A DNA stretch of 64,000 bases from Candidatus Latescibacterota bacterium (GTDB lineage Bacteria > Latescibacterota > UBA2968 > UBA8231): the NCBI GenBank assembly GCA_965221775.1, contig CBDCSU010000004.1, positions 960,001-1,024,000 of the forward strand, in the 5' to 3' direction. Position numbers and translations under genes: made by a program. The stretch's first letter is position 1, and every line of letters starts with the position of its first letter. Shown here one piece after another: positions 29,391-39,559 of the stretch. The notes under the pieces are model-generated. The model was given only the letters and a program-made list of their open reading frames with translations, ran no database searches and had not been told where the DNA came from.

Positions 29391-30589
29391 CGGCTGCCCA
29401 CCGTTGCCGGGCGTGGGACCCAGTGGTCATCGGTGCCCGGTGGATGGGGCCGCGACAGCTCACCGCGCCGGCGCCAGGCCGTCGACGCGGCCGGCGCCTT
29501 CTCGCGGGCCACGGCCGCGAGAAGGCCGATGCCGCTGAGGTTCAGCAGCAGCGAGGAGCCGCCGTAGCTGACGAAGGGCAGGGGCAGTCCCGTGGTCGGC
29601 ATGAGCCCCGTAGCCACGGCGACGTTGAGCAGGGCGTAGATCCCCACCATCACCGTGATCCCGGAGGCCACGAGAAACCCGTGGAACGAGGCGGCCCTCG
29701 TGGCGATCCGGTAGCCGTGCACGGACAGGGCCACGAAGAGGCAGATGATGCTCAGGGCGCCGAGCAACCCGAGCTCCTCGCCGACGAAGGCGAAGACGAA
29801 GTCGGTATGGGGCTCTGGCAGGTAGTGCTTCTGCATGCTGTTGCCGAGGCCGACGCCGAGCCATCCACCGCTGCCGAGAGCCAGCAGCGACTGGTCCACC
29901 TGGAAGCCGGCCCCCTGCGGGTCCGCTCCCACGAAGAAGGTGCGCACACGCTGGAGCTGGTAGGGCGAGGAGAGCACCGACCAGCCCGCCACCAGGCCGG
30001 CCCCGGAGGCTACCAGGGCCAGGTGGGCAGTGCCCGCACCGCCGAGCCAGAGGATGACCATGGAGATGGCGCTGATGGCCAGGGCCGTTCCGAGATCGGG
30101 CTGCAGGACGATCAGGACCTGCACGACGGAGATCACCGCGAGCCGGGGGGCCAGGCCCAGTTTCCAGTCGCTCATGTCGCTCTGCTTTCTGGCCAGCACG
30201 TCGGCCAGGTAGAGGACGAGGACGAGCTTGACGAACTCCGAAGGCTGGAAGGACAGCGTTGCGAAGGAGGGCACCCCGAAGGGGAGCCAGCGCTGCGCCC
30301 CCCGGCCTTCGCCCAGGATGAGCACCAGGACGAGGAGCAGAATGCCCACCAGGAGCAGGGGCCGCGCCAGCAGGCGCCACACGGAGAGGGGCACCCGCGA
30401 GAGCAGGAGCATCATGATCAGGCCGAAGGCGGCCCTCATCAGCTGGCGCTGGAGGAAGAACCCGCTGTTCTCGAACCTCGCTCCCGCCAGGGCCGAGCTG
30501 GAGCTGTACACCATGACGACGCCGATGCCGACGAGCATCGTGGCGATCAGGAGCACGTGGCGAGCTGCACGTTGTGAGACGTCGGGCAT
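29387..30589 (-). CDS. ftsW: Peptidoglycan glycosyltransferase FtsW
   Basis: MVYSSS, GAQRW, FQPSEFVK, LQPDLGT, LPEPHTDF, LPFVSYGGSS. Confidence 0.95.
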   Translation of the reverse strand: MPDVSQRAARHVLLIATMLVGIGVVMVYSSSSALAGARFENSGFFLQRQLMRAAFGLIMMLLLSRVPLSVWRLLARPLLLVGILLLVLVLILGEGRGAQRWLPFGVPSFATLSFQPSEFVKLVLVLYLADVLARKQSDMSDWKLGLAPRLAVISVVQVLIVLQPDLGTALAISAISMVILWLGGAGTAHLALVASGAGLVAGWSVLSSPYQLQRVRTFFVGADPQGAGFQVDQSLLALGSGGWLGVGLGNSMQKHYLPEPHTDFVFAFVGEELGLLGALSIICLFVALSVHGYRIATRAASFHGFLVASGITVMVGIYALLNVAVATGLMPTTGLPLPFVSYGGSSLLLNLSGIGLLAAVAREKAPAASTAWRRRGELSRPHPPGTDDHWVPRPATVGSR

Positions 30590-30742
30590 GACCCAAGCCA
30601 GCGTCGGCACAAAGGGGGGGCGCACAACTGCGCGCCAAAGGGAGGGGTAGTACCAACTTCGGACCGCACCAGGGGACGGCGCGGCAACTGCCTGTCAGAC
30701 GGCACCGCCGGGGGACGGCGGCCTCGGGCCGTGAAACCGAAT

Positions 30743-32128
30743 CTACAGAGCTTCGACGATCGCTTCGAGGGCCATGCCGCGAGAGCCCTTGACGAGAACC
30801 AGATCGCCTTCGGAAACCTCCTGCTCCAGGTGGTGGATCAACTCGCCCCGGTCCTCGAAGTGAAGAGCCCGGCGCGGGTCCAGCCCCGCCTCCCTGGCCG
30901 CTCGCACCGTATGCGAGCTCTGGGAACCGGTGCCCAGGAGAACATCGACGCGGTTGGCGGCGTGGCGCCCGATCCCCTCGTGAAGGGACTCGCTCGCCTC
31001 GCCGAGTTCCAGCATGTCCCCGAGGACGGCCACACGGCGGCCCTGGACGGGGATCTCCGCCGTCAGGTCGAGGGCGGCGCGAACCGAGCCGGGGTTGGCG
31101 TTGTAACAGTCGTCGATCACGCGAACTCCCCGTCTCTGCAGAATGGCCGAGCGCATGTGCAGTGGCTGGAACCTGCCCAGGGCGGCGCTGGCTTCCCCCA
31201 GGGGCACGCCGCACATGCGCGCACATGCGATGGCCGCCAGGGCGTTGTGCGCATTGTGCCGCCCCGGGACGCGGAGATGGAAGGAGGTATTCTGTAGAGA
31301 GAAGTGGCCGCAGCCCTCCTGGTCGAGGATGAGTCCCTCCCCACTGAAATGGCTCTCACGCCGCCAACCGAAGCCAAGGAGTCTCCCCTTTGTCCTCTTA
31401 GCCTCCCTGGCAATGACACAGTCGTCGGCGTTTACGAGAGCCACGTAAGACTCATCCACGATTTCGTCCAGAAGCTCCCCTTTGGCCTTGGCCACTCTCT
31501 CTACAGATCCAAATATACCCGCGTGCGCCGTGCCGATGTTGAGCAGAACCCCGACCGTGGGCTGCGCGACCCGGCACAGGTACCTGATATCCCCCACCCG
31601 CCTCGCCGCGAGCTCGAGGACCACGGCGGAGTGATCCGCCGACATTCCCAGCAAGGCCCGGGGAACACCGATCTCGTTGTTCTCGTTCTCCGGAGTCTTG
31701 AGGACCCGGAACCTCCGTCCGAGGATCGCGGCGACCATCTCCTTGACGGTCGTCTTGCCGGACGAGCCGGTGATGGCGATTACGGGCAGGTCGAATCGAC
31801 GGCGGTAGTGGCGGGCCATCCGGCCCAGGGCCCGCACCGGAGAATCGACGGCCATCAGACAAGCCGCCGCGGCCGGCCCCGTCAACCGCAGGCCATCCAC
31901 CCGCCGGCGATCGACGATGGCCGAACTCGCGCCCCTCTCGAAGGCCTCGGAGACGTGGTCGTGGCCATCGAAGCGCTCGCCCTCCAGGGCCACGAAGACC
32001 TCGCCGGGCTCGAGGGTCCGAGTGTCGGTGGAGACACCCGTCACCGTCCGCTCTCTGGGCTTCTCCCCTCCTCTCCACTCCGCCCTCGTCCAGGTGCGGA
32101 CCTCCTCGATGTGGATGTCGCGCCACAT
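30743..32128 (-). CDS. murF: UDP-MurNAc-tripeptide--D-Ala-D-Ala ligase
   Basis: GERFDGH, ITGSSGKTT, NNEIGVP, DCYNANP, LGDMLELG, KGSRG. Confidence 0.96.
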   Translation of the reverse strand: MWRDIHIEEVRTWTRAEWRGGEKPRERTVTGVSTDTRTLEPGEVFVALEGERFDGHDHVSEAFERGASSAIVDRRRVDGLRLTGPAAAACLMAVDSPVRALGRMARHYRRRFDLPVIAITGSSGKTTVKEMVAAILGRRFRVLKTPENENNEIGVPRALLGMSADHSAVVLELAARRVGDIRYLCRVAQPTVGVLLNIGTAHAGIFGSVERVAKAKGELLDEIVDESYVALVNADDCVIAREAKRTKGRLLGFGWRRESHFSGEGLILDQEGCGHFSLQNTSFHLRVPGRHNAHNALAAIACARMCGVPLGEASAALGRFQPLHMRSAILQRRGVRVIDDCYNANPGSVRAALDLTAEIPVQGRRVAVLGDMLELGEASESLHEGIGRHAANRVDVLLGTGSQSSHTVRAAREAGLDPRRALHFEDRGELIHHLEQEVSEGDLVLVKGSRGMALEAIVEAL

Positions 32129-33579
32129 TACTTGCCAAGCACCTGCCGAAGGACCTGGCGGTCATCGAAGTTCGTGGGTCCCTCGGCCAGGATCTGGTAC
32201 GGTTCGTCCCCCTTGCCCGCCACCACCACCACGTCCCCTTCCCGGGCCTCCCGCAGGGCTGCATCGATGGCGCCACGGCGATCCGCACAAACCACGGCGG
32301 AGCCGGCGTCGCGCATGCCGGCGGCGATCTGATCGATGATCTCCTCGGGCGGCTCCCCCCGCGGGTTGTCGGAGGTGAGGAAGACGAGATCGGCCAGATC
32401 CTCGGCGACGCGCCCCATGAGCGGCCGCTTGCCCTTGTCGCGGTCGCCGCCGCAGCCAAAGAGGCAAAGAAGCCGGCCCCGCGTCAACTCCCTGGCCGTG
32501 CGCAGCACCGTGTCGAGACCGGCGGGCGTGTGAGCGTAGTCGACGATGACCTCGAAGGGCTGGCCCTCCTCCAGGCGTTCGAAGCGGCCCGGCACCTGGG
32601 ACACGGCGGCGATGCCCGACCGCACGGCGGCGGCATCGATCCCCAGGGCGACGCCGACGCAGACGGCGGCCATCACGTTGGAACGGTTGAACCGGCCCGC
32701 CAAGGTGGTCTCCACCGACCACTCTCCGGCGGACGTCTCCAACCTCAGAAGGGTGGTGGAGCCCCCCCGGGTATCGAAGGAGGAGAGCCGTACATCCTCG
32801 CCCCTCTCGCCGTAGGTGAGCACCCGGGCCGAGGTGCTTGCAGCCACCTCCGGGGCGTGGGGATCATCGGCGTTCACCACCGCCGCCCCTCCCTGGCCGA
32901 GACCCCGGAAGAGAGTCGTCTTGGCCGCCAGGTAGGCCTCCTCGGTGCCGTGAAAGTCGAGGTGGTCTCTCGTGAGATTGGTGAACACGGCCACAGAGTA
33001 GTCGATCCCGTCGACGCGGCGGAGGGCCAGACCGTGGGAGGAGACCTCCATGACCAGAGCGTCGCATCCGGCGTCACGGGCCCTGGCGAGCAGCGCCTGC
33101 AGCCGGTCGGCCTCGGGCGTGGTGTTGTCGAGGCTCTCCATTCCGTCGCCGCAGGAGAATCCCAAGGTCCCGATGTAGGCACTGCGAGCCCCGGCGGCCT
33201 TCAGGACGTGGCGCACAAGCAGGGCCGTCGTAGACTTGCCGTTCGTCCCGGTAACTCCGACACGCCACCGGAAGGAGCGGGCCGGATAGCCGTGCAGCCG
33301 GGCCGCGAGGGCGGCCAGAGCCTGGCGGCAGTCCTCGACGCGGATGCGGGTCGACGGCAGACTCTCGTCCTCCTCCTCGACCACTACCGCCGGCGCCCCA
33401 CGGGCGAGGGCATCATCGACGAAAGCATGGCGGTCGATCTCCTGCCCGCCGCGAACCGCCACGAACAGGGCTCCCGGTCCGGCCCGGCGCGAATCGGAGA
33501 CGACGGATTCGATCTCCAGGTCCAGGGATCCGCCGATGTGGACGGGCTGGATCGCGCCGATCAGGTCGCGAAGCTTCAC
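32128..33579 (-). CDS. murE: UDP-MurNAc-dipeptide--meso-DAP ligase
   Basis: GVTGTNGKST, MEVSSH, TNLTRDHLDFH, VDYAHTP, SDNPR (DAP-type); GTG start. Confidence 0.96.
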   Translation of the reverse strand: MKLRDLIGAIQPVHIGGSLDLEIESVVSDSRRAGPGALFVAVRGGQEIDRHAFVDDALARGAPAVVVEEEDESLPSTRIRVEDCRQALAALAARLHGYPARSFRWRVGVTGTNGKSTTALLVRHVLKAAGARSAYIGTLGFSCGDGMESLDNTTPEADRLQALLARARDAGCDALVMEVSSHGLALRRVDGIDYSVAVFTNLTRDHLDFHGTEEAYLAAKTTLFRGLGQGGAAVVNADDPHAPEVAASTSARVLTYGERGEDVRLSSFDTRGGSTTLLRLETSAGEWSVETTLAGRFNRSNVMAAVCVGVALGIDAAAVRSGIAAVSQVPGRFERLEEGQPFEVIVDYAHTPAGLDTVLRTARELTRGRLLCLFGCGGDRDKGKRPLMGRVAEDLADLVFLTSDNPRGEPPEEIIDQIAAGMRDAGSAVVCADRRGAIDAALREAREGDVVVVAGKGDEPYQILAEGPTNFDDRQVLRQVLGK

Positions 33580-35630
33580 CTCCGGGCCTCCCCCGGTGCC
33601 AGGGCCACCAGCTGCGGGCCCTGCAGCTTGCGCACCAGCACGGCCTGGCGCATCGGTGCCTCTGGCAGACCCAGGGCCAGCAGGTCGGCGCGGCTGCCGA
33701 GACGGCACAGGATGTCCGCCTCCGTGAGGCGTGATCTGGGCGCCGGCTCCTGGCCGACCACGATCGGGCCCGAACCCTCGAAGCGGAGGTTGAGATCCCG
33801 GCGGCGGGCCTGGACCCTGACCCGGAGCACGTCCAGTCCCCTGAAGTCGGGCACGACATCGCCGCGGACCTCGGTCCCGGCGTCGGCCAGGGCGTCCGGC
33901 CGGCTCCCGCCGGGTGCCTGCGACCCGTCGAGAATGAGGATCCGTTCCATCGTGCGGCGGAAGGCGGGAGCCGCCACGACGCCCCCCCACTTGCCGACCC
34001 GGGGGTTCTCCACGGAGATCAGGCAGAGGTAGCGAGGTTGCCCGGTGGCCGGGAGGAAACCGATGAAGGAGGCGATGTACTCGCCCTGGGCGTAGCCGCC
34101 GCCGCCCGGCAGGGCGCGTTGCGCGGTCCCCGTCTTGCCCGCCACCCGGACCCCTTCGATCGCCGCGTTGCGCCCCGTTCCGTCACTGACCACCCGCTGC
34201 AACATCCCCTTCAGGACCGAGGCCGTTCTGGCGGAGAGGACACGGCGCACGGGCTTCGGTTCCTCCCGCCGCAGGATCTGTCCCGCTGGATCCCGCACCT
34301 CCTGGACCACCTTCGGCGCCATCAGCATGCCCCCGTTGGCGATGGCGCTGAAGGCCTGCACCATCTGCACCGCGGTGACGCTGATCTCCTGGCCGATGGA
34401 GATCGTCTCCAGGGAGCGGTTGGACCAGTCGCGGGCATGACGCAACAGCCCGGCGCTCTCCGCCGGAAGGCCGATCCCGGTCCGGGTCCCGAAGCCGAAG
34501 CCGCGCAGGGACTGGTAGTAGCTCGACCGGTCCAGCCCTTGGGCGAGCTTGATCACCCCGATGTTGCTCGACTGGGCGACCACCTCGGCCGGTGTCATCC
34601 AGCCGTGGGGCTTGACGTCCCGGATGACGTCCCCCATGGACAGGACGTAGGCGCCCTCCTCGCAGTAGACCTTCCTCTCGAGGACCTTCGGGTCGTCGTC
34701 GAGGACGGCTGCCATGGTGATGGGCTTGAAGATCGAGCCCGGCTCGAAGGGATCGGTGACCAGACGGTTCCGGCGGTGGTTGGCGGGGACTCCGCCCGGA
34801 TCGTTCGGATCGAAGAGGGGAATGCCGGCCATGGCCAGGATCTCCCCGGACCGGGGATCGGCGATGATACCCAGGGCTCCCTCGGCCCGGGTCTCGGTCA
34901 CGGTGCGGGCCAGCTCCTCCTCCAGGATCTCCTGGATGGCGGCGTCGATGGTCAGATGGACGCTGGCGCCGTGCCGAGGGGCGGCGGTGGGCTGCGAACG
35001 CTCGGGGAGGATGTTCCCCAGGCCGTCGACGTAGGACCGGGCGGAACCGGCCCGTTCGGCGAGGATCTCCTCGAAGGCCAGCTCTGTCCCCTCCTGGCCC
35101 CGGTTCTCGATGTCGGTGAACCCCAGGAGCTGCCCGGCCAGGCGGCCGTAGGGATAGTGACGGCGGACCTCCAATTGCTCGTACACCCCTTCGAAGGTCT
35201 TCTGGCGAACCTGGCGGAGCCGCTCACCGTCGACCTGACGTAGGAGATAGACGAAGGGGTGTCCGCCGCTGATCAGCCGGGATACCGCGCTGGCGGAGCG
35301 CCGGCCGAACCGCATGAAGTGGGCCGTCACCGACTCGGGATCGCGGACCTGCGCGGGCCGGCAGTAGAAGGAGACGGCGGTGACGTCGAAGGCCAGCTCG
35401 CGGCCCTGGCGATCGAGGATGGCGCCGCGCCGTGCGCTCAGCGGGATCTGGCGCTGATGCTGGTTGCGGGCGCGCATCTGGTACGTGCCGTGGTCGATCG
35501 CCTGCAACTGCACCAGCCTCAAACCGATCAGCGACCAGATGAGACCTCCGGCGAGCAGGACCCACTTCAGGCGGTGGCGGCCGAGGTCAAAGGGGCGGCG
35601 TTCGTCTTCGTGGGAGCCGCGGCTTGTCAT
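33576..35630 (-). CDS. ftsI: Penicillin-binding protein 3 (FtsI) with a PASTA domain
   Basis: RGAILDRQG, EPGSIFK (SxxK), SSN, KTGTAQ, C-terminal VPDFRG. Confidence 0.95.
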   Translation of the reverse strand: MTSRGSHEDERRPFDLGRHRLKWVLLAGGLIWSLIGLRLVQLQAIDHGTYQMRARNQHQRQIPLSARRGAILDRQGRELAFDVTAVSFYCRPAQVRDPESVTAHFMRFGRRSASAVSRLISGGHPFVYLLRQVDGERLRQVRQKTFEGVYEQLEVRRHYPYGRLAGQLLGFTDIENRGQEGTELAFEEILAERAGSARSYVDGLGNILPERSQPTAAPRHGASVHLTIDAAIQEILEEELARTVTETRAEGALGIIADPRSGEILAMAGIPLFDPNDPGGVPANHRRNRLVTDPFEPGSIFKPITMAAVLDDDPKVLERKVYCEEGAYVLSMGDVIRDVKPHGWMTPAEVVAQSSNIGVIKLAQGLDRSSYYQSLRGFGFGTRTGIGLPAESAGLLRHARDWSNRSLETISIGQEISVTAVQMVQAFSAIANGGMLMAPKVVQEVRDPAGQILRREEPKPVRRVLSARTASVLKGMLQRVVSDGTGRNAAIEGVRVAGKTGTAQRALPGGGGYAQGEYIASFIGFLPATGQPRYLCLISVENPRVGKWGGVVAAPAFRRTMERILILDGSQAPGGSRPDALADAGTEVRGDVVPDFRGLDVLRVRVQARRRDLNLRFEGSGPIVVGQEPAPRSRLTEADILCRLGSRADLLALGLPEAPMRQAVLVRKLQGPQLVALAPGEARR

Positions 35631-35914
35631 CGCGATGCCCTGACAAAGAGGTCGACCGTGGCGCCCGGGTCCGGATAGGTCATTCCGAGCTCGCCTTCAG
35701 CCCGCTGGCGCAGCAGACTCGGCCGACTCGCCAGGTCCAGGGAGGCCTCGAGCCGCGAGCTCTCCACCACCAGCGCCTGGGCCTTGGTCCTGGCCGCCTC
35801 GGAGGCGCGCGCCAGCTCCGAGACCTGCACCTTGATCCATACGTACGCCGTCGTCGCCGCCGCCATGGCGAGGACGGTCAGCACCCGGACCCAGTCGCCC
35901 TGAAACCAGGCCAT
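35627..35914 (-). CDS. ftsL: Cell division protein FtsL
   Basis: Short TM plus coiled coil ending RAEGELGMTYP; lies between rsmH and ftsI. Confidence 0.8.
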   Translation of the reverse strand: MAWFQGDWVRVLTVLAMAAATTAYVWIKVQVSELARASEAARTKAQALVVESSRLEASLDLASRPSLLRQRAEGELGMTYPDPGATVDLFVRASR

Positions 35915-36879
35915 CACCGGACGGCTCCTCGGGTGCCGCCGGAAGCGGAGGGGACCTTCTCGAAGAGTCGCAGGGTGGCGCTGCGGGACCGGGAGTTGGC
36001 GGCCTGCTCTCCGGCGCCGGGGCGGCGGGCCGGGCCCAGGCGCAGGAAAGTCGGCCGCCGGCCGCACGCACAGGCGGGCAACTCCGGCGGGCAGACACAG
36101 CCCCTTATAAGGCTGGCCATCCTTTGCTTGACGATCCGGTCCTCCAGGGAGTGGTAGGCGATGACGGCGAGCCGGCCGCCCGGTACGAGCAGGTCGACGG
36201 CCGCCCGGATCCCCTTCTCGAGCTCGGCCAACTCATCGTTGACGGCGATTCTCAGCGCCTGGAAGACCCGTGCCAAGGTCTTGGTCGGTCTTTCGGGGCG
36301 CGTCGATTCGATCGCCCTGGCCAGTTGCGCCGTCGTCTGCATGCGGCCTTCGTCCCTGGAACGGCAGATGGAACGCGCGATGCGCCTCGCCTTCCGTTCC
36401 TCACCATATCGTCGGATCAACTCCGCCAGGTCGGCCTCCCGAATCCGCGCCAGCAGTTGGCCTGCGGGCTCTCCGGCGCCTCGGTCCATGCGCATGTCCA
36501 GAGGACCGTCCTGGTGATAGCTGAATCCGCGTCCAGGCTCGTCGATCTGATGCGAACTGACCCCCAGATCGAAGAGCACCCCCTGCACTCCGGATCGCTC
36601 CAGGCGATCCAGGAATGGGGCCGCCGACCGGGCGAGGGAGGAAAACGCGCACTGGAGAAAGGTCACCCGTCCGCGGTACGGATCGAGCCGGCGGCCCGCC
36701 TCGTTCATAGCCGCCGCGTCCCGATCACATGCCAGCAGGTGCCCGCTCTCTCCGAGAACCCGCAGGAGGGCCTCCGCGTGCCCTCCCCCCCCGGTTGTTG
36801 CGTCCACATAGACCCCTGAGGGGTCCGTTGCCAACCCGGTGACGACCTCCTCGACCATGACCGGCACGTGGTAGGCCAT
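35914..36879 (-). CDS. rsmH: 16S rRNA m4C1402 methyltransferase
   Basis: HVPVM, DATTGGGGH, DLGVSSHQID, LDMRMD, FQALRIAVN, YHSLEDR. Confidence 0.97.
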   Translation of the reverse strand: MAYHVPVMVEEVVTGLATDPSGVYVDATTGGGGHAEALLRVLGESGHLLACDRDAAAMNEAGRRLDPYRGRVTFLQCAFSSLARSAAPFLDRLERSGVQGVLFDLGVSSHQIDEPGRGFSYHQDGPLDMRMDRGAGEPAGQLLARIREADLAELIRRYGEERKARRIARSICRSRDEGRMQTTAQLARAIESTRPERPTKTLARVFQALRIAVNDELAELEKGIRAAVDLLVPGGRLAVIAYHSLEDRIVKQRMASLIRGCVCPPELPACACGRRPTFLRLGPARRPGAGEQAANSRSRSATLRLFEKVPSASGGTRGAVR

Positions 36880-36912
36880 CCTCGGGTTCACCGCTTCAGA
36901 GTGGCGCCGAAT

Positions 36913-37356
36913 TCACAGATCCAGCGTCTCGGCTACTTCCTCCAGGGTGGGCTCGGCCTGGGAGAGGTATCCCTGCCAGGCCTCCGGCTCCCAGAATTCG
37001 AGATGGTCCAGCGCCCCGATGACGACCAGGCGATCACTGATACCGGCCCGGTCCAGAAGCTTCTTCGGAAGCGACGCCCGGCCCTGACGGTCCAGTCTCA
37101 CCTCGGTCGCCTGGGACAGGAGTGCCCGCGTATAGAGTCTGACCCGCTGCTCCTTCCATGGGAGCTGCAGCATCCTCGCCGCGATCTGGGCCCACAGGTT
37201 GCGGGGATGTCCGGTGAGACACCCATCCAGCCCCCGGATGACCACGAAGGTGTCATCGGCCTCCGGCTCGAGGTTCCGCCGCAACTCGGCGGGCAGGAAG
37301 ATCCGGCCCTTGTCGTCGACGGGAACCTCGTACTCTCCGAGGAATTGTGCGCTCAT
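36913..37356 (-). CDS. mraZ: Transcriptional regulator MraZ
   Basis: FLGEYEVPVDDKGRIFLP and DRQGR motifs; first gene of the dcw cluster. Confidence 0.96.
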   Translation of the reverse strand: MSAQFLGEYEVPVDDKGRIFLPAELRRNLEPEADDTFVVIRGLDGCLTGHPRNLWAQIAARMLQLPWKEQRVRLYTRALLSQATEVRLDRQGRASLPKKLLDRAGISDRLVVIGALDHLEFWEPEAWQGYLSQAEPTLEEVAETLDL

Positions 37357-37389
37357 GGGGCTCCTGAGAGGCCATTATCGCCCCGGTAG

Positions 37390-37425
37390 AACCATCAAGC
37401 TCCACATTACACCATTTTCCACCCC
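37390..37425 (-). promoter_or_regulatory. Putative MraZ operator: four hexamers at a 10-bp period
   Basis: Minus strand reads GGGGTG-N4-ATGGTG-N4-GTGGAG-N4-ATGGTT, resembling the GTGG(A/T)G MraZ repeats. Confidence 0.7.
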
Positions 37426-37430
37426 GGCAA

Positions 37431-37460
37431 AGTATACCTTCCCCACGCAGGGCATGTCAA
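37431..37460 (-). promoter_or_regulatory. Sigma70 promoter of the dcw operon
   Basis: TTGACA-18 bp-TATACT. Confidence 0.8.
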
Positions 37461-37653
37461 GAGGAATCGTACACCCCGGTACAGATCCCCGAGGAGATAT
37501 GTAACCGACTGTTATTTAGTCAGTTGAGGAGATTCTGTGCGAGGTCCCCGGCCGGTTTTCGCCGGAAGTGGGGCCGAAATGCGATTCCACCCCGGGTCAC
37601 CCTCGGGCGCCCCGGGCGAAGCTTCCGGAGCAGGGGTGGAGGGCCGGCGGCGG

Positions 37654-38265
37654 TCAGGGCTTCTCGAGGACGCGCCGGTGAATCGGTTTCCCCTGGCCCA
37701 CGAACTTGTCCTCGTAGTTCGTGCTCGCCCCTTCCCAGACCGCCTCCACGGGAAGCAGGAGGCCGTTGAACGGGTCGAGGGCTTCGAGGATCGCTTCGAA
37801 GTAGCCGTCGTGGTCGGTTGCGATCCACAACCGCCCGCCGGGGACGAGGATCCTCTGCGCCTCGGCGAGAAAGGCCTCGTCGAGCAACCGCCGCTTGTGA
37901 TGCCGTTTCTTCGGCCACGGGTCGGGGAAATAGACGTGAATGGCCCGGACCGAAGCGGCGGCGAGGAAGAACTCGACGAACTCCCTGGCGTCGCCGTGGA
38001 CGAAGCGGAGATTGGTGCAGCTCCGGCGCAGGGCCCTGGCATGGGCGAGGCGGAGGTACTTGGCCGCCTGCTCCACTCCGATGTAGTTCACCTCCGGGTG
38101 ACGCAGGGCGGCGTCGAGTAGGAAGCGTCCCTTGCCGATCCCGAGCTCAAGCTCGACGGGCCGGGAATTGCCGAACTGCGACTCCAGGTCGAGAACGGGA
38201 TCCTGGCCGGTCTCCTCGTCGAGACCGATGAGAAGGGAGTCGACGCCGGCGGGCGGCGCCACCAT
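37654..38265 (-). CDS. trmB: tRNA (guanine-N7)-methyltransferase
   Basis: ELELGIGKG, YFPDPWPKKRHHKRR, IATD, TNYEDK. Confidence 0.95.
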   Translation of the reverse strand: MVAPPAGVDSLLIGLDEETGQDPVLDLESQFGNSRPVELELGIGKGRFLLDAALRHPEVNYIGVEQAAKYLRLAHARALRRSCTNLRFVHGDAREFVEFFLAAASVRAIHVYFPDPWPKKRHHKRRLLDEAFLAEAQRILVPGGRLWIATDHDGYFEAILEALDPFNGLLLPVEAVWEGASTNYEDKFVGQGKPIHRRVLEKP

Positions 38266-38292
38266 CCGAAGGCGACCGAGGCGGCCGATGCC

Positions 38293-39483
38293 TCAGCCAG
38301 CCGCCTCGCTGTGGCCCGGGAGGCCGCAGAACTGGTTGTAGTCGATCAGCTCCTTGACGGTGGGGGCGTCGCCGCACACGGGGCAGGCCGCGTTCCGGCG
38401 CAGCTTCATCTCGCGGAACCTCATGTCGAGAGCATCGTACAGGATCAACCGGCCCACGAGGGGGACGCCCTGTCCGATGACGAGCTTGACGACCTCCGTG
38501 GCCTGGATCATGGCGACGGTTCCGGGCAGAACGCCGAGAACTCCCCCTTCGGCGCAGCTGGGCACCTCGCCGGGAGGCGGCGGCTCGGGATAGAGGCAGC
38601 GGTAGCAGGGCCCGCCCGCGGCGGGGTGGTAGACCGTCGCCTGACCCTCGAAGCGGAAGATGCTGCCGTCGACGACCGGCTTGCCGGAGAGGACGGCCGC
38701 GTCGTTGACCAGGTACCGCGTGGGGAAGTTGTCACAGCCGTTGACGATGATGTCGTAGCCGCCGATGAGGTCCATGGCATTGGCGGAGGTCATCAGCTCA
38801 TGGTGGGCCTCGACGCGGATGCCTGGGTTCAGCTTCAACAGCCGGTCGCGGGCGGCCTCGACCTTCGGCTGGCCGAGCACGTCTTCGCCGAAGAGAACCT
38901 GCCGCTGCAGGTTGCTCCGGTCGACGACGTCGGCGTCGACGAGGCCGACGGTGCCGACCCCGGCCGCGGCCAGGTAGAGGGCCGTCGGGCAGCCGAGGCC
39001 ACCGGCCCCGATGAGGAGCACCTTCGCCTTGAGCAGCTCCTGCTGGCCGCGCTCGCCGACCTCGGGCAGGATGATGTGCCGCGAGTAGCGCTGCAGGTCC
39101 TCGTCGGACAGGAGGCCGTCCTGCTCGATGCCGTATCCCGCGTCCTTCCAGCCCTTGATGCCGCCGATCATCGAGCTCACCCGGGTATAGCCCATGGCCA
39201 CCAAGTCGCGCGCGGCCAGGGCCGAGCGGTTGCCGCCGGCGCAGTAGAGGACGATCGGCTCCTCCCGGTCGAGGGTGACGTCGTCCTCGACGTTGAGCTC
39301 GAGGAAGCCCCGTGGGATGAGGTGCGAGCCGGGGATGTAGCCGTCCATGACCTCGTCGCGTTCGCGCACGTCGACGACGTGCCGGATCTGACCACTGTTC
39401 AGGGACCGCTTGACATCCTCGGGGGTGACCTCCGTGATCGACTTCTTGACCTCTTCGAGGAGCTGGCTCGAAGTGAGACCCAT
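38293..39483 (-). CDS. moeB: Rhodanese-MoeB/ThiF fusion (sulfur-carrier adenylyltransferase/sulfurtransferase)
   Basis: N-terminal rhodanese (DVRE, YCAGGNRS); RYSRH, IGAGGLG, SNLQRQ, CYRC, SCAEGGVLG, CPVC. Confidence 0.93.
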   Translation of the reverse strand: MGLTSSQLLEEVKKSITEVTPEDVKRSLNSGQIRHVVDVRERDEVMDGYIPGSHLIPRGFLELNVEDDVTLDREEPIVLYCAGGNRSALAARDLVAMGYTRVSSMIGGIKGWKDAGYGIEQDGLLSDEDLQRYSRHIILPEVGERGQQELLKAKVLLIGAGGLGCPTALYLAAAGVGTVGLVDADVVDRSNLQRQVLFGEDVLGQPKVEAARDRLLKLNPGIRVEAHHELMTSANAMDLIGGYDIIVNGCDNFPTRYLVNDAAVLSGKPVVDGSIFRFEGQATVYHPAAGGPCYRCLYPEPPPPGEVPSCAEGGVLGVLPGTVAMIQATEVVKLVIGQGVPLVGRLILYDALDMRFREMKLRRNAACPVCGDAPTVKELIDYNQFCGLPGHSEAAG

Positions 39484-39559
39484 TCTGGTCTTCTCCGTCC
39501 TGTTGGTGAACTCGTCGGCCAAGAAGCTAGGGACCACCCCGCTTCCCGCAAGACCGTCC

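Noticed and set aside
30621-30637. Sigma54-like TGGCGCGCAGTTGTGC upstream of ftsW
   Set aside because: The GG to GC spacing is off by one base.
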